A stretch of 64,000 nt of DNA, taken from positions 73,036,001 to 73,100,000 of the forward strand of contig CM068743.1 in assembly GCA_035084275.1 (NCBI GenBank), given 5' to 3'. Below the pieces are notes generated by a model. It was not told the DNA's origin. It worked only from the letters and a program-made list of their open reading frames with translations, and searched no databases. Positions 1-12,800 of the stretch are shown here, piece by piece. The stretch comes from Hydrolagus colliei. Its lineage: Eukaryota. The position numbers and the translations under genes are program-made. Position 1 is the first letter of the stretch, and every line of letters starts with the position of its first letter.

Positions 1-675
1 GATAACCACTTCTCAAAATTGGAATGAGGTGACCTTGTAATATACAATAACAACTTGCATTTATATAGCGCCCTCCACATAGGGTAGTCTCTCACAGCAC
101 TGTATAGAGTGAAGATTTTCTTTCAAATGTAAAACTAAAATCCTATTCATCTTCTGTGTTCAGAAGAGATGGAGAGAGGAGGAGGGATGAGTGTGAGGGA
201 TAGGAGTACGAAAGTGAGAGGAAGTGGAGGGGTGAGACGGAGAGGATGAAGAGAGAAAGAGGAGAGAGAGATGGAGGGGGGGAAAGAGTGGATACAGAAT
301 GGATTGAGAATCAGTCACAATATTTCATGACAATAAAATTTTGACGGTTGATGAAACTTGGAAAATCCTTAAATTCAGGCCTTCCCTGGCAAACAATCTT
401 GCTGATAAAATTGGTCATTCACTTCTTGGCTGTTCGTGGGACATTGCTATGTATAAATTGGCTGCTGCATTAGCTTACAAAATACAATTACTATTTTTGA
501 TAGTGAAGTCCTGTGAATTGCTTTAAAACAACTTGATGTTGTGCAAGAATTCTTATCACTTCAAAGTTGTTAATTTCCTGCAGTTATTAAAAAGTTATGA
601 CAGGTTAAGACAAGCTAGGTAGAGCTTTGGGTCCCCCTCGACGTACTGCCTTCCCTGATTGCTCTGTGTCCACAG

Positions 676-838
676 TTCTTGTTGAAGCAGCGAATCACCT
701 GAACAAGACGCTGGGCAATGATGTAGCTCTGTCCAACAGCAGCCTGCGGAGGCTTCAGAGGGAAATCAATAACATGATGGACATGCTGCGGCAGAGGACG
801 TTCGACCAATCTAAGGCAACATCAGCGAACGAGCTCAA
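676..838 (+). CDS. LAMA1: LAMA1 exon (LVEAANHLNKTL...SANELK)
   Basis: cacag| ... |gtaagt; phase 1 to 2; coiled-coil peptide. Confidence 0.85.
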
Positions 839-3800
839 GTAAGTTCAAAACTGAGGACTTGCACTCAGCAGTTGCCTCTTATGCAGGACAGCGTCACAGG
901 GTCGGAGATTATGTGGACTGGGTGTAGCTTTTGGAAGAGACGGTTGGATTAAATCTATCGAACAGAAACTGTTGATTCTTTCAAATGTAAACCAAGTTTA
1001 TTATAGGAAATAATATCTTGGGATACAGTATATGAACAGTTCAGGACATGACACATGCATGGTCGAGTATTTCCTATGTTCCTATAAATCAAAACACCAA
1101 GGTTGTACCACAATCTCAATGAGTTGCAGTGAGCAGCTAGGGATGAGTTGCAGTATGGAGGCTAGGTATGATGGCAATAGTTTGGTTGACGTTTCAGATG
1201 AAGAAAGTTGAGGCTCAAAGTGGAGTCTGGTAGCTCAGTGGTTAGAGCACTCACCTTACAAACAAGAGACCAGGGTTCAATTCAGGGTGAAACCTTGGGT
1301 AAATTTTCTTAATCTACACACTTAACAATAATCCCTCAAAAAAAATAATGAATTGGTCACTCAATCCGCGATCTGTTTGTGGGACACTTCTGTGTGCAAT
1401 TGGCTGCCGTGCTTCACCCACAAATACACAGTCAATTAACTTTACAGTATATTCCATGAAACACGTTGAGACGCCTAGAAGATGTGAAAAGCGCTATATC
1501 AAATGCAAGGATTATTATTATTAAAGTGATTTGGGAGTCCCTGCACATCTGAAAATTGGATCAAACAAGGAAAACGCTTAACTCCATTTACGTGTATAAA
1601 CAGTTCACCCTTGTTGGTGCTTTTTGAGGGTGATTTGCCTTATAAATGTGGCAATTTTTGCACTATCATTCTCAACACCCTGTGTGCATCTTGAAAGCTG
1701 ACGAGACTATATTTGTGGGCGAAAAGCAGCATCAATTGCACACAACAGTGTCCCACAAACAGTGTGGATTGAGTGACCAAATAATTTTTTTTCACAGATT
1801 ATTATTAGATGTGTGGAGTAAGGAAACTTGCCCAAGGTTTTGCCCTGCCGGGAATCAAACCCAGGTCTCTCGCTTGCGAGACGAGTGCTCTAACTGGCAT
1901 CAGAGAACAGATTAGAGGGAAGAAAGAGAGAAATATGAATTGCGTTCTCAGGACTGGATAGTAGGCTATCCAGTCGAAGAAATAACGCTTTGAGATGTTA
2001 GTTTAAGTGAAGTTTCCTGTATAAATGGAAGTTATTTATCAGAGCATAGCATATCTTTCAGTGTCATTTTGTTGGTTAGCTAGGGGATTACAGCTCTACT
2101 GAAGGTGACTTCCATCACTAGGCTGAAGTACTGTTCGAGCGATGGGAGCAATTTTCAGGTGATTGAATTCAGAGCTTTGTGTTTGTGAGACTCATACTGG
2201 CACAACATGAAGCACATTGGCCTTAGGTGTGATTCAGCATCGGTGGCTGAGTAAACCCAGCAGCAATTACTGATCTCACTGAGCTCCAGAACAAGAGGCA
2301 AAATCTTAAACACCTCAAAGCTAAGCCAGTTAAAAGCGAGTCCAGAAATAACTTGCCAAGAAAGCAAGGTTATTTCTGCTCACAAACGCTTGTGAAAATG
2401 TAGGTGTAAAGCCTTAAGTGTGTGAGGAAGCTACAGATTGGAATTGATTGAGCTGTTTTAAGGTTATATTTGATGCCTGCATGGGAAGTAGGATTACAAT
2501 GCAATTGCAACACAAATGTGCATTTATATACAACATGTGATATGGTATTAGTTAAACACTCGGGTGAGGCGGAGTGAGGGATGATATTAAAGGGTGCGGG
2601 TAAAAAGCAGGAGAGTGGGATTAAAGTGGTCTAGACATTGAACTAACTCCAAGTGATTAGAGTTGGATGGGAAAGTGCTTGGGTGGTTGTCCAGTTAGGA
2701 TGAGATGAAATCATGAGGTGACAGCCTTGTTTATTCGAACCACTCTTGTGCCACGATGATCCCAATTGCCTCTTTCTTTGTCGCAAATCTGGTAGGTGCC
2801 TGTAGTTTTAGTGCAAGGTCCGAGGTAGGAAAATAGGATCAAGAGGAGGCCTTTCAGCCCCTCGAGCCTGCTGTGCCATTCTATTGACCAACAACAACAA
2901 CTTGCATATATATCGCACCCTTTACGTGGGGTAGCATCCTGCATCTGTACCTCAACTCCCATTTAACCACCTTTGCTCCACATTCCTTGCTACCTTTACC
3001 TAAAAAAAATCTATCCAACTCAGTCTTGAAAATTTGAATGGATCCCGCATCCACAGTCTATTGGAGGGTTGGGCAGGGACAGAGTTCCAGGTTTCCCCTA
3101 TGCTTTGTGTGAAAAAATGCTTCGTGATTTCAGTCCTAAAATGGTCTAACTCTAATTTTAAGATTGTTTGTATTCCTCCACCAGAGGGGGAGGGAGAGAG
3201 CTCCTGATTTCCACTACCGTTTAATGCGTTATGTTGTGTAGTTCAGAGACTTCCTTCACTGGAGGCCCACAAAGCTTTTCCTCTTAAATCCTATGCAACT
3301 GTTTGACATCCAGTATTGGTTGGTTGGTTGGTTGACTGACTGACTGATTGACTAATTTATTAATTCATTGACAGAATGATTGATTGACAGACTGATCAAC
3401 TGACAGACTGATTGATTCATTGATTCTTTGATTCATTCATTCATTTACGGACTGATTAATTGATGGACTGATTCATTAATTGATTGACGGACTGATTCAT
3501 TGATTGATTGATCGATCGATTCAGAGCGGCAGAGCAGCTCCTGGTACGGGTGCAGGCGGAGTTCCAGAAGCCTCAACGGGAGCTGGATGAACTGAAAGCC
3601 CAGATTGAGGAAATCCTAGCCCAGCGCAGCGTAGAGCTGCATGAGGCCCAGGACCTGATGAACGAGGCGCTCACAACAGCCAACGAGACCAGCCAGCTCA
3701 TCCGCAGCATCTCCAGCAGCCTGGCGGAGCTGAAGGTGAGAGGAAAGTGTATGACATAACCCCTAAAAGTATCATCTTGGCTCAATCAATAGCTGTCCAT

Positions 3801-6800
3801 CACCAAGTGGGTTTAAGGGTCCACATCAAGATTTTGCTGCAACTGCTATAATCCTCTACTCTGTATAATCCCAATGCTGGGGATGTGCTGTTTTGTTGGA
3901 AGTGCCATCCTTCAGATGAGGTGTTAAACCGAGGCGCCATCTGCTTGACCAGGTGAGAGTTAAAAATCTCGTGACACTATTTGAAAAGAGAAGGAAGATT
4001 CTCTCAGTGTCCTGGCCAATAATACCTCAAATAGTCCTTCAGGACTAAATGTAGCCCTTCACTTCATGGCTGTTGATGGGACATTACTATGCTCAAACTG
4101 ATTGTCTCGTTTGCCCGCAAATACACAGTCACTTCGCTTCACGATATATCCTGTGAAGTGCTTTGGGATGTCCTCCCGACATGAAAGGCACTATACCAAT
4201 GCAAAGGTTATTATTATTATCATTCAGGTGCACATCAACAATCCCATGTCACACTACTGGAAACAAGAAGGGAGTTTTTCCCGGAGTTTCTGGCCAATAC
4301 TCCTCCTTGAAAATTCTTGTGGATTTTCTCTTTAAATCCATCAATTTAAAATGTTTAAATCGTGCAGAATATTGTTACATCCTAATTTTGCAAACTGCCT
4401 TTCTACAGTTCTTTCCCACTGACTTCTAGACTAACACTGAATTTTAAGAATTATTGCACAATTCTGCACAAGGTGAAATGTTAATATCCTGGTAGTGAGG
4501 CAGTGGTATTGGTATGAGTCCATTTTGTTGGGCCTCTGATTGATAAAACAAGATGAGCCAGTCTTTGAGACGTCAGTCGGGGATGCTTTTGCTCTTGTGG
4601 TAACTCACGCGCCAGACTGTTCAATGCACAGGACAAGAGGCAGAATATTGAAGAAGACAGGGCACTAGCTTTAACTCTGGTCCAGGACGGAAGGGAAATA
4701 GTGGACAATGCAGCAAGAGTGGCAGAAGACGTAGTGAGCAAGACGGCTGTAAGTATCAACTTAGCATCTCCTTTTATTCCTTCAATTTTCCAACCAGAGA
4801 AGGTTCGGAAACTGATCAAAAGCAAGGATTGCTATTATGATTATTATTATTATTATTATTGTGTGTGTGACTGTAGGTTCTGGAACAGCACAAGGAAAGG
4901 CTCTACATGTGGAACACTAAGGTGAGGATGCATGTGGACAAGCTGGTAATGGAGATGAATCAGAAAGGGGTGCTCGATCTTGTCTACAGGGCAGAGGATC
5001 ACGCTGGTCACCTCAACAGCCTGGCCAGTCAACTGAACAGGTCAGTCTACATTTCAGATTGGTCCATCTATTCAACTCTAACACAGGGAAAGCTTCACAG
5101 TGAAAGCACTTCACTGTGCTAGAGTTCTCTCACCCATCATCATAAAAGGTCAAAAATGCAAAATACTGAAGAAGCTGGAAATCTGAAACAAAAACAGAGA
5201 TAGCTGGGAACACTCAGCAGGTCAGGCAGCATCTATGGAGTAAAGAAAGTGAGTCAGTGTTTCGGGTCTACGACCCTTCGTTGGAACTCAGAAACCCATT
5301 CTGACGAAGGGTCGTGGACCTGAAATGTTGACTCACTTTCCTTTCTCCATAGATGCTGCCTGACCTGCTGAGTGTTCCCAATGATTTCCGTTTTTGTATC
5401 ATAAAAGGTCAAACCACCCCACTCCACCACCACAAAGTGTTGGCCCACTATCCGAACGTGTCTGCTGACTCACATAGCAGGTCACACCCACCTCCTCAAT
5501 GTAACAAAGCACAACCGTTTAGTGTTAGGGAGTGAGATAACATTCTGACCCTCTTACCACGTGACAGAATTGTGTGTGAAAGCCCAGACTGGCAATCGCT
5601 GGAGTGAAACCTTCCCTGTGCTAGAGTTCTTTCAGGCATAAGGAACGTGTCGGTGAAATCCAGGGCAGTGGGGAGCGAGGAGCCGAGTGTGGAGGAGCTG
5701 CTTGAAGAAGCTGAAGCTGTTATATTAGAAGCCCAGAGCAAAGCGGATGCTGCATTGACATTGGTGAGTTATTGGCTGGTGGAGCCACAGTCTGGTCTAG
5801 AGCTCAGAAAGACCAGCTGATAAAATTAGTCGGGCTGAGAATGCAACTCTTACAAGCGTTAGTTACTTTGGTTTGTCGCTAACCAACCAGTTTAGAATGA
5901 AGATTGTGAAATTTGAAAGGAGCTTTGAGTTGGCTCAAATAATTGGCCACAAGCAGCTTTGAGCAAAACTGTTCGGACAAGGCTATAGATCCTCTGGGAA
6001 TAGAGGATTAACTCTGTTTGCTCCACTCTTGTGTTCAATGGCTCCACCTCTTCTGTGCTGAGTGTCATTGTGGATTGTCTTCACTAGGCCTCTGGCTCAC
6101 AACACTCACTTGAGAAGGCCGGGAAGGAGTCAGCTGAGCGCAGTACCAAGCTTCTGAATGACGCAAACAAATTAAGACAGAAAACCACTGGTGAGTTACT
6201 TATTTGGTTTAGGTGCGGAATAGAAAAACTCTTCATTCCTCACTGATGTGCGAGTTACAACACACTATTCCTCCTTAGTGCTGTGGTCAGTATCACTGCT
6301 TATCATGTGGGAGACCAGAGTTCAATAATTTCCTATATAGGATGGCAGCTAAGCAAAGAACCAATTGGCCTTTCTACCAAAAGCATTTCTCTATTAATGC
6401 AAAGGACCAGTTAAGGAAAACTTTGAAGTTCAATCCATTTTTAAAATCCTATCCTGTCCTTTCCAATAAAACCATACTTTTATTACTCTTATAATAAATT
6501 TAGGAGTATTGATTTTGTTTTACCCATAAATCCACAGTTAATCCACTTCCAGTATATCCTGTGAAGCACTTTGAGACATCTCAACAACAACAAAATTACA
6601 CTGGTATAGCGCCTTCATGTCAGGAGGACATCCCAAGGCGCTGGACAGTCACTGTGTCAGACAACATGATGAGGCACAAATCTTTGCTCAAATGCAAAGA
6701 TTATCATCGTTATTATTATCGATGGTGGGCTAGGAACAAAGACTGAAAGTAATGTTGCGTTCATTCTGTAGGTGTGTGTTTGTTTTAAACAAATCAAGTT

Positions 6801-9800
6801 AGAATTTATGGTATTTGAAAATACCCTGGATGATACTGAATGCCAAAGGATAATGCAGATTTGGGAAAGGCATTATGTGCCATCACAGAGCACAGGCAGA
6901 AAACTGGCAACCCATCAAACGAGGCTGGTGATCAGGGGAATTGTGTTTACCTAGCTGCGGGAATTGACTCCCATCCAATTACTTCCATATGCTAATATGT
7001 AAATCCGCTTTAAGGATTCAGCGAGACTAGTGTTTGATTTTCAAAGTCGCTGAAGATTATCCCATTAAGGACAAGATCAACAAAATGGGCTCCTCAGGGA
7101 AGCAGCCACTAATACGCTATGTCAGCTGAATACCTCTCAACAAAGAACTGCCTCAATCCGGTCAGGAACAGGCATGGAGTCCTGTAGCTCAGTGGTTAGA
7201 GCACTCGCCTTACAAGTGTGAGACCTGTGTTTCGAATCCAGGCAGGTCAGAGCGAAACCTTGGGCAAGTTTCCTTACTCCACACGCCTAATAATAATCCC
7301 TCCCAAAAAACCTACAATAAATACGTCATTTCAATCCACAACTGTTTGTGGGACACTGCTGTGCGCAATTGGCGGCCGCGTTTCGCCCACAAATATATAA
7401 TCAATTCACTTTACAGTATATTCCGTGAAGTGCTTTGAGACGTCTAGAAAATGTGAAAAGTGCTATATCAAATGCAAGGATTATTATTATTGTTATGGTT
7501 ATGAGGATATGGGCAAAAATGCAAAATATTGCAGATGCTGGAATCTGAAACAAAAACAGAAATCGCTGGAAACAAAAACAGAAATCGCAGCATCTATGGA
7601 GAAAGGAAAAGTGAGGCGAAGTGAAAGTGGCTCACTTTACCTTTCTCCATAGATGTGTACCTGACCTGCTAAGTGTTCCCAGCAATTTCTGTTTCTGTTT
7701 TATGAGGATATGGGCAGCTGGCTGTTGATGGCGTTGGAACCTGTTTCACTGGGATCACAGGAATATCATCAGGGAACGCAACCAATCTGGATAGGGTTAT
7801 AACATTAACAGTGATAAATAATAATAACCCTTACATTTGATATAGCACCTTTCACTTCAGGAGGAGGATAGTTCAAATACAGTGACTGTATTTAGGTATA
7901 TGAGCGTGGCATCCAATTGCACATAGCAATGTGCCACACGCAGCCAAGCAGTGACTGACCAATTTTATTTATCATAATAAACCTCACATTTGATATACCA
8001 CTTTTTCACATAATTGAAACTTCTCAAAACGCTTCATAGGATACTTTGGTTATTTGGGGTTCTGTTGGTGAGGAGAGGACATGGGGAGAAATTCCCATCT
8101 TGTTTCGAAAAGTGCCACGAAATCTGCAACATCCACATGAACATTGGCTTCTGAGTTGGAAGGTTGTGGGTTCAAACTCCTGGGTTGGAATTTGTCTTAT
8201 CGGAGCTACCATCTTTAAGATGAGATGACAAACCAAGGTCGCTCCTGCCTGGTCAGTGTTCAGTATCTCCTGGTGAATTTCCAACAATTCCCCCAGGGTG
8301 CTTGAAGTGGGAGGGGGACAAATGGGTTTCCGTGGCAAGAAACAGTCAATACACTTGACAGCAATGTCTGTGAAGCATTTTGAGAAGTTTCAGTGAGAAA
8401 GGAAACAATAACAAAGCCAAGTTCTTTTCTTCTTTCCCAACCGGACAGGTCTCGCAAACCAGGTGAACGGGCTGAAGGGGAAGATCGATGCAATTCGGAA
8501 GAGCACCCGGAACATGAGCAGACATCTGAACGGGCGCCTGCACACGATAGCTAACTTACCCAATGGTCAGTCCACGTCTTTTCACGGGCAAATTGAGGAG
8601 TTCCTTAGTGTAGTGGTTAGCAAGCGAGAGGACCTGGGTTTGATTCCCAGGAAGGGCGAAACCTTACGCAATTTCCTTGCCCCACATGCCTCTGCCAGTA
8701 GGAAGGAATCCGTTTGTTGGTCACTTGGCGGATCGCTTTCCTGGAGGTAAACTAATCCCTACGAAAAAAATTGGGGGTCTCGTAATACCCAACTGTTTGT
8801 GGGGCAATGCTGTGCGCAATTGGCTGCTATGTTTTGCCCACAAAATACAGTGTCAATCCACTTTACAATAAGTGGGTGCTCAGTACGCTAGGACACTGCT
8901 GTGGTATTGAAAAATATGGCCACTCAATGAACTGCTGCTGACTAACTCATCAGAAGGATTTGGATGGGCAGACCAGTCACTTAAGGCATGGATTCTTCCC
9001 TTTCAGCTCCCGATAGCCTAGCAAGTGAAAGCCCTATTCAGGCGGAGCAGCGGGTAGCTTGCCAGGCAGCGTGGGAGAAAGTACTATTTATATATAAGTT
9101 AGTTTAAGTGACTGCAATTGACGAGTTTGCAATGCAGCCATTTTTCTTGTGTCCGTACGGCACAGACACCACAGCGAGGGTGCAGCAGGCGAAGGAGAGC
9201 GTCGCCACAGCCAATTTAACAACTGCCATCACATTGGATGAAATCCAGGGGCTGAGCCTGAGGCTGCTGAACGCCTCAGGCACCTTGGCCCAGGTCAACG
9301 AGACCGTCAGGAAAACAAATGAACTCATCAACCAGTCGGCAGAGACAGGTGAGCGCGAGGGGACAGGCAAATTGAGGAGTTTCTTAGCATAGTGGTTAGC
9401 AAGCGAGTGGACCTGGGTTCGATTCCGCAAAGAAAAAGAAAGCAACCAAATCCCAACCCATTGCTTTTGGTAAAAAATGGTTTCAACGTTTTCACACCGG
9501 TGGTTACAGAAAGGTAGATATATTCAGCACAGGAATTTCTTCAGCTCATATGTGGAGTCCATAGCGTACGTAGTATGTAGTCCGCTCGCCTCGCAAGCAA
9601 AAGCATTCAGGTTCCCGGACAGTCAGAAACCTTGAGATTTCTTACCCCACACTCTCCTGTTTACCTAGTAGGAAAGTACTGTAGCAACATAATTGTTTTG
9701 TCAATTAGATCACTCTCCAGGAGTAATAATCCCTTAAAAATAAGTTGGTTGCTCAATCGATGACTGTTTGTGGGGACATTCCTGTGCGCAATTGGCTGCC

Positions 9801-12800
9801 ATGTTTCAGCCACAAAATACACGGTCGTTTTGCTTTACTGTATATTCTGCAAAGTGCTTAAGAGATGTCTCAACAGCAGGATAACACTCTTATCAAAAGC
9901 AAGGATTGGTATTATTTATTCCTGCCTGTGCTGTTGATACCTCTTGTGTTTTTAACAACAGCAACAAAATTGCACTTATAAAGCGCCTTTCACATCGGGA
10001 GGACGTCCCAAAGTGCTGACAGTCAGGTTGGGACCCAAGCGAAGGGGGAAGGTAGCAATTTAAGTAGCACTCTGAGAAGCCATCCCACGAAGGGTGCTGT
10101 ATAAATGCAAGTTGTTGCTTCTTTTAATTAACCCCATGTTCCTTTCCTGATTATTGGCATTCACGTGTCAAAATTAACTGCTGAGTTTGCCTGTAAATAC
10201 AGACTCCGTTCCATCAATGGTGATTACTGTGAAGAGTTTTGATATGTTTTGATGTAATAAGGAAAAAACAAGGATCACTAACACCTTCATCTCCATCCCC
10301 CTCCTGTGCCCTGTGTGTCATCCTGGCTCAGTTGGTAACACTGGTCTCTTCTGAGTCAGAAGGCTGTGGATTTAAATCCCACGTTAATTTTTGGAGCTCA
10401 TATCGTCGAGGCTGACACTTCAGTGCAGTGCTGCATTGTTGGAGATGCCATCCTTTAGATGAGATGTTAAACCAAGGCCCCATTTGGACTTTGTTCAGTT
10501 GAACTTTAAAGATCCCACGGAACAACGAGAAAAGAGAAAAGAGGAAGCTATATTAATTTTGAATCATCCCTCAAACAGCCGTAGAATCCAGACATGCTTT
10601 TGTGGTTAATTGATTTCTTGGTCTCTACAGCCTTCTTTCTTTTGCATTGGAGGGAACTCACAATGAACGTAATGTTTCTGATGACACCTTGGCTGTTTGG
10701 GAAGGAGCTTCATGTCCCAGCTCTTGTGTTGTGAAGATGTTTCCCACAGATTTAATTGCTGCTCTCCCTCCTCTCCATCCTCCACCACCACCACCACCAC
10801 CACTTCCTTCATTTGACTTCACAGCTCCCTTAAAACCTCTTCACCCCCCCCCCCCCCCCCCCCCCCTCCCGCAATGTCTTGAGCCCTCTTTCCACATCTT
10901 CAGGTCACACCTGAAGAGTTTTCTCCTCAACCGCATCTACGGTCACCTTCCCCCTCCCCCTGGCTCGGCCTCCGCCATTGTGAAGCACTCCGAGACACTG
11001 CCTGGCATGGAAAGCACTGTATAAATGCAAGCTGTTGTTGTTGTAGCTGCAGCGGCTGGAAATAGGGTGAAAGAGATCGAAACTCAGGCCAACTACTTGC
11101 TGGACAGACTGAAGCCTCTGAAGATTCTGGAGGACAACCTGAGTAGGAATCTATCGGAGATCAAGGAGCTGATCAGCCAAGCACGCAAGCAGGCAGCCTC
11201 GGTGAGTGTCCGATCATTGTAGAGTAGCTCTGGCGACCCACATTATCACCTCACCTCCTAATTTGAACCATGTTTCTGATGTTGCATTGAACCACAATCG
11301 AGCACACAGCCCCATTAAACCTCTTGATGTCAGTCAGGCTCTCTCTGTTGGTATCACTCTGGCCTCTGGCTGGGGTTTAAGCCCTGAGTCTGGCCTTGAG
11401 CACAGTCAACAGCTCCATTCAATGCACTAAACGGCCAAATTCATTTCACCCCAACAACAACAAAATTACATTTATAGAGCGCCTTTCGCGTCGGGAGGAC
11501 GGACCAAGGAGCTGAACAGTCAGGTTGGGACCCGAGCAAGGGAGAGGGGCAGGGTAGTGGGGAGGGTGGGGAGAGAGTTAGGAGGATTGGGAGAAAATTG
11601 GGAGGGCAGCAAACGGCATGATCGAAGTGGAGGGTCTTGACTCCATTACTGGTACAACAAGCCAGTGTTGGGTGTTGCACTCTGCACATTCTCCTAACTA
11701 GAGCCCAGCGCAGCGAGATTAATTGGGAGACGCTAAATATTAATCTGTTTCCTGCTCCAAGGTGAAGTCCGCTAAAGCCAGCGAAGACCGCTAAATAAAT
11801 CCAAGTTGTTGTTCCTGGACATGCCTCCAGCAGCTGTAAAACAGCTCCCGTGGTATTCCTCAACACTTCCCTTCTTGGTGTTGTTACTTGATCTAAATCA
11901 TTCAGACCAGAAAGATGTTTATTTGTCTTCACTCAGTTCCTAAAAGTAACCTTTTTTTGCCTCCCAGATTAAGGTGGCGGTGTCAGCAGACCGAGATTGT
12001 GTACGTGCGTACCAGCCAGCTCTGCACAGCAGCAACCACAACACTCTTACACTGAACGTCAAGACCTCAGAACCAGACAACCTGCTCTTTTACCTGGGCA
12101 GCAGCACCAGCGTGAGTAACCTTCTCCACCTGATCATATAAGAGAGACAACCAAGGGCCCAGTCATCGCGCAGTGCCGGAGTCGTAGAATCACCAGCCAG
12201 AGGCCATGCGGCCCATTGAGCTGCAGCAGGACATCTCCTCCACTGAAACTATGACCGTGGAGTCCTGTAGCTCAGTGATTAGAGTATTCGCATAACAAGC
12301 TTGAAACCTGTGTTCAAATCCAAGCAGGTCAGGGCCAAACCTTTGGCAAGTTTCCTTAGTACACACCTAATAATAATCCATCTAAAAAAAAATCATAAAA
12401 TTGGTCATTTCAATTTACGACTGTTTGTGGGATATCTAGAAGACATGAAAAGCCCTACATCAAATGCAAGGTTTCTTATTATATTATCATGGTAGATCTT
12501 CTAATCTCATGTCTTCTTCTTCATGGAATCCCATAGCATAGTGGTTAGAGCTCTTGCCTCGTGAGAGGACCCAGGTTTGATTCCCGAGCATGACATAACC
12601 TTAGGCAAGTTTCCTTACTCTCGGCCGGATGCCACTGATTACCTAGGAGTAACTAGGTTGTTAGTCGATTACTGGGTCATTTTTCAGGGGTAATAATCCC
12701 TCCAAGAAAAAATTTGGTCACTCAATCCATAACTGTTTGTCTGACACTGCTGTGTGTAATTTGGCTGCCATGTTTCGCCCACAAAATAAGACAGTCAATC

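Noticed and set aside
5187-5397. Hairpin as a microRNA precursor
   Set aside because: TSDs and a second copy show it is a mobile element; small-RNA production cannot be judged from sequence alone.
7176-7250. tRNA-like sequences at SINE heads (A box, GTTCGA B box)
   Set aside because: No acceptor stem, the anticodon varies between copies, and each is fused to the SINE body; these are not tRNA genes.
10647-11024. Proline-rich 125-aa ORF
   Set aside because: It arises from CCA repeats, a poly-C run and an L2 fragment in an intron.
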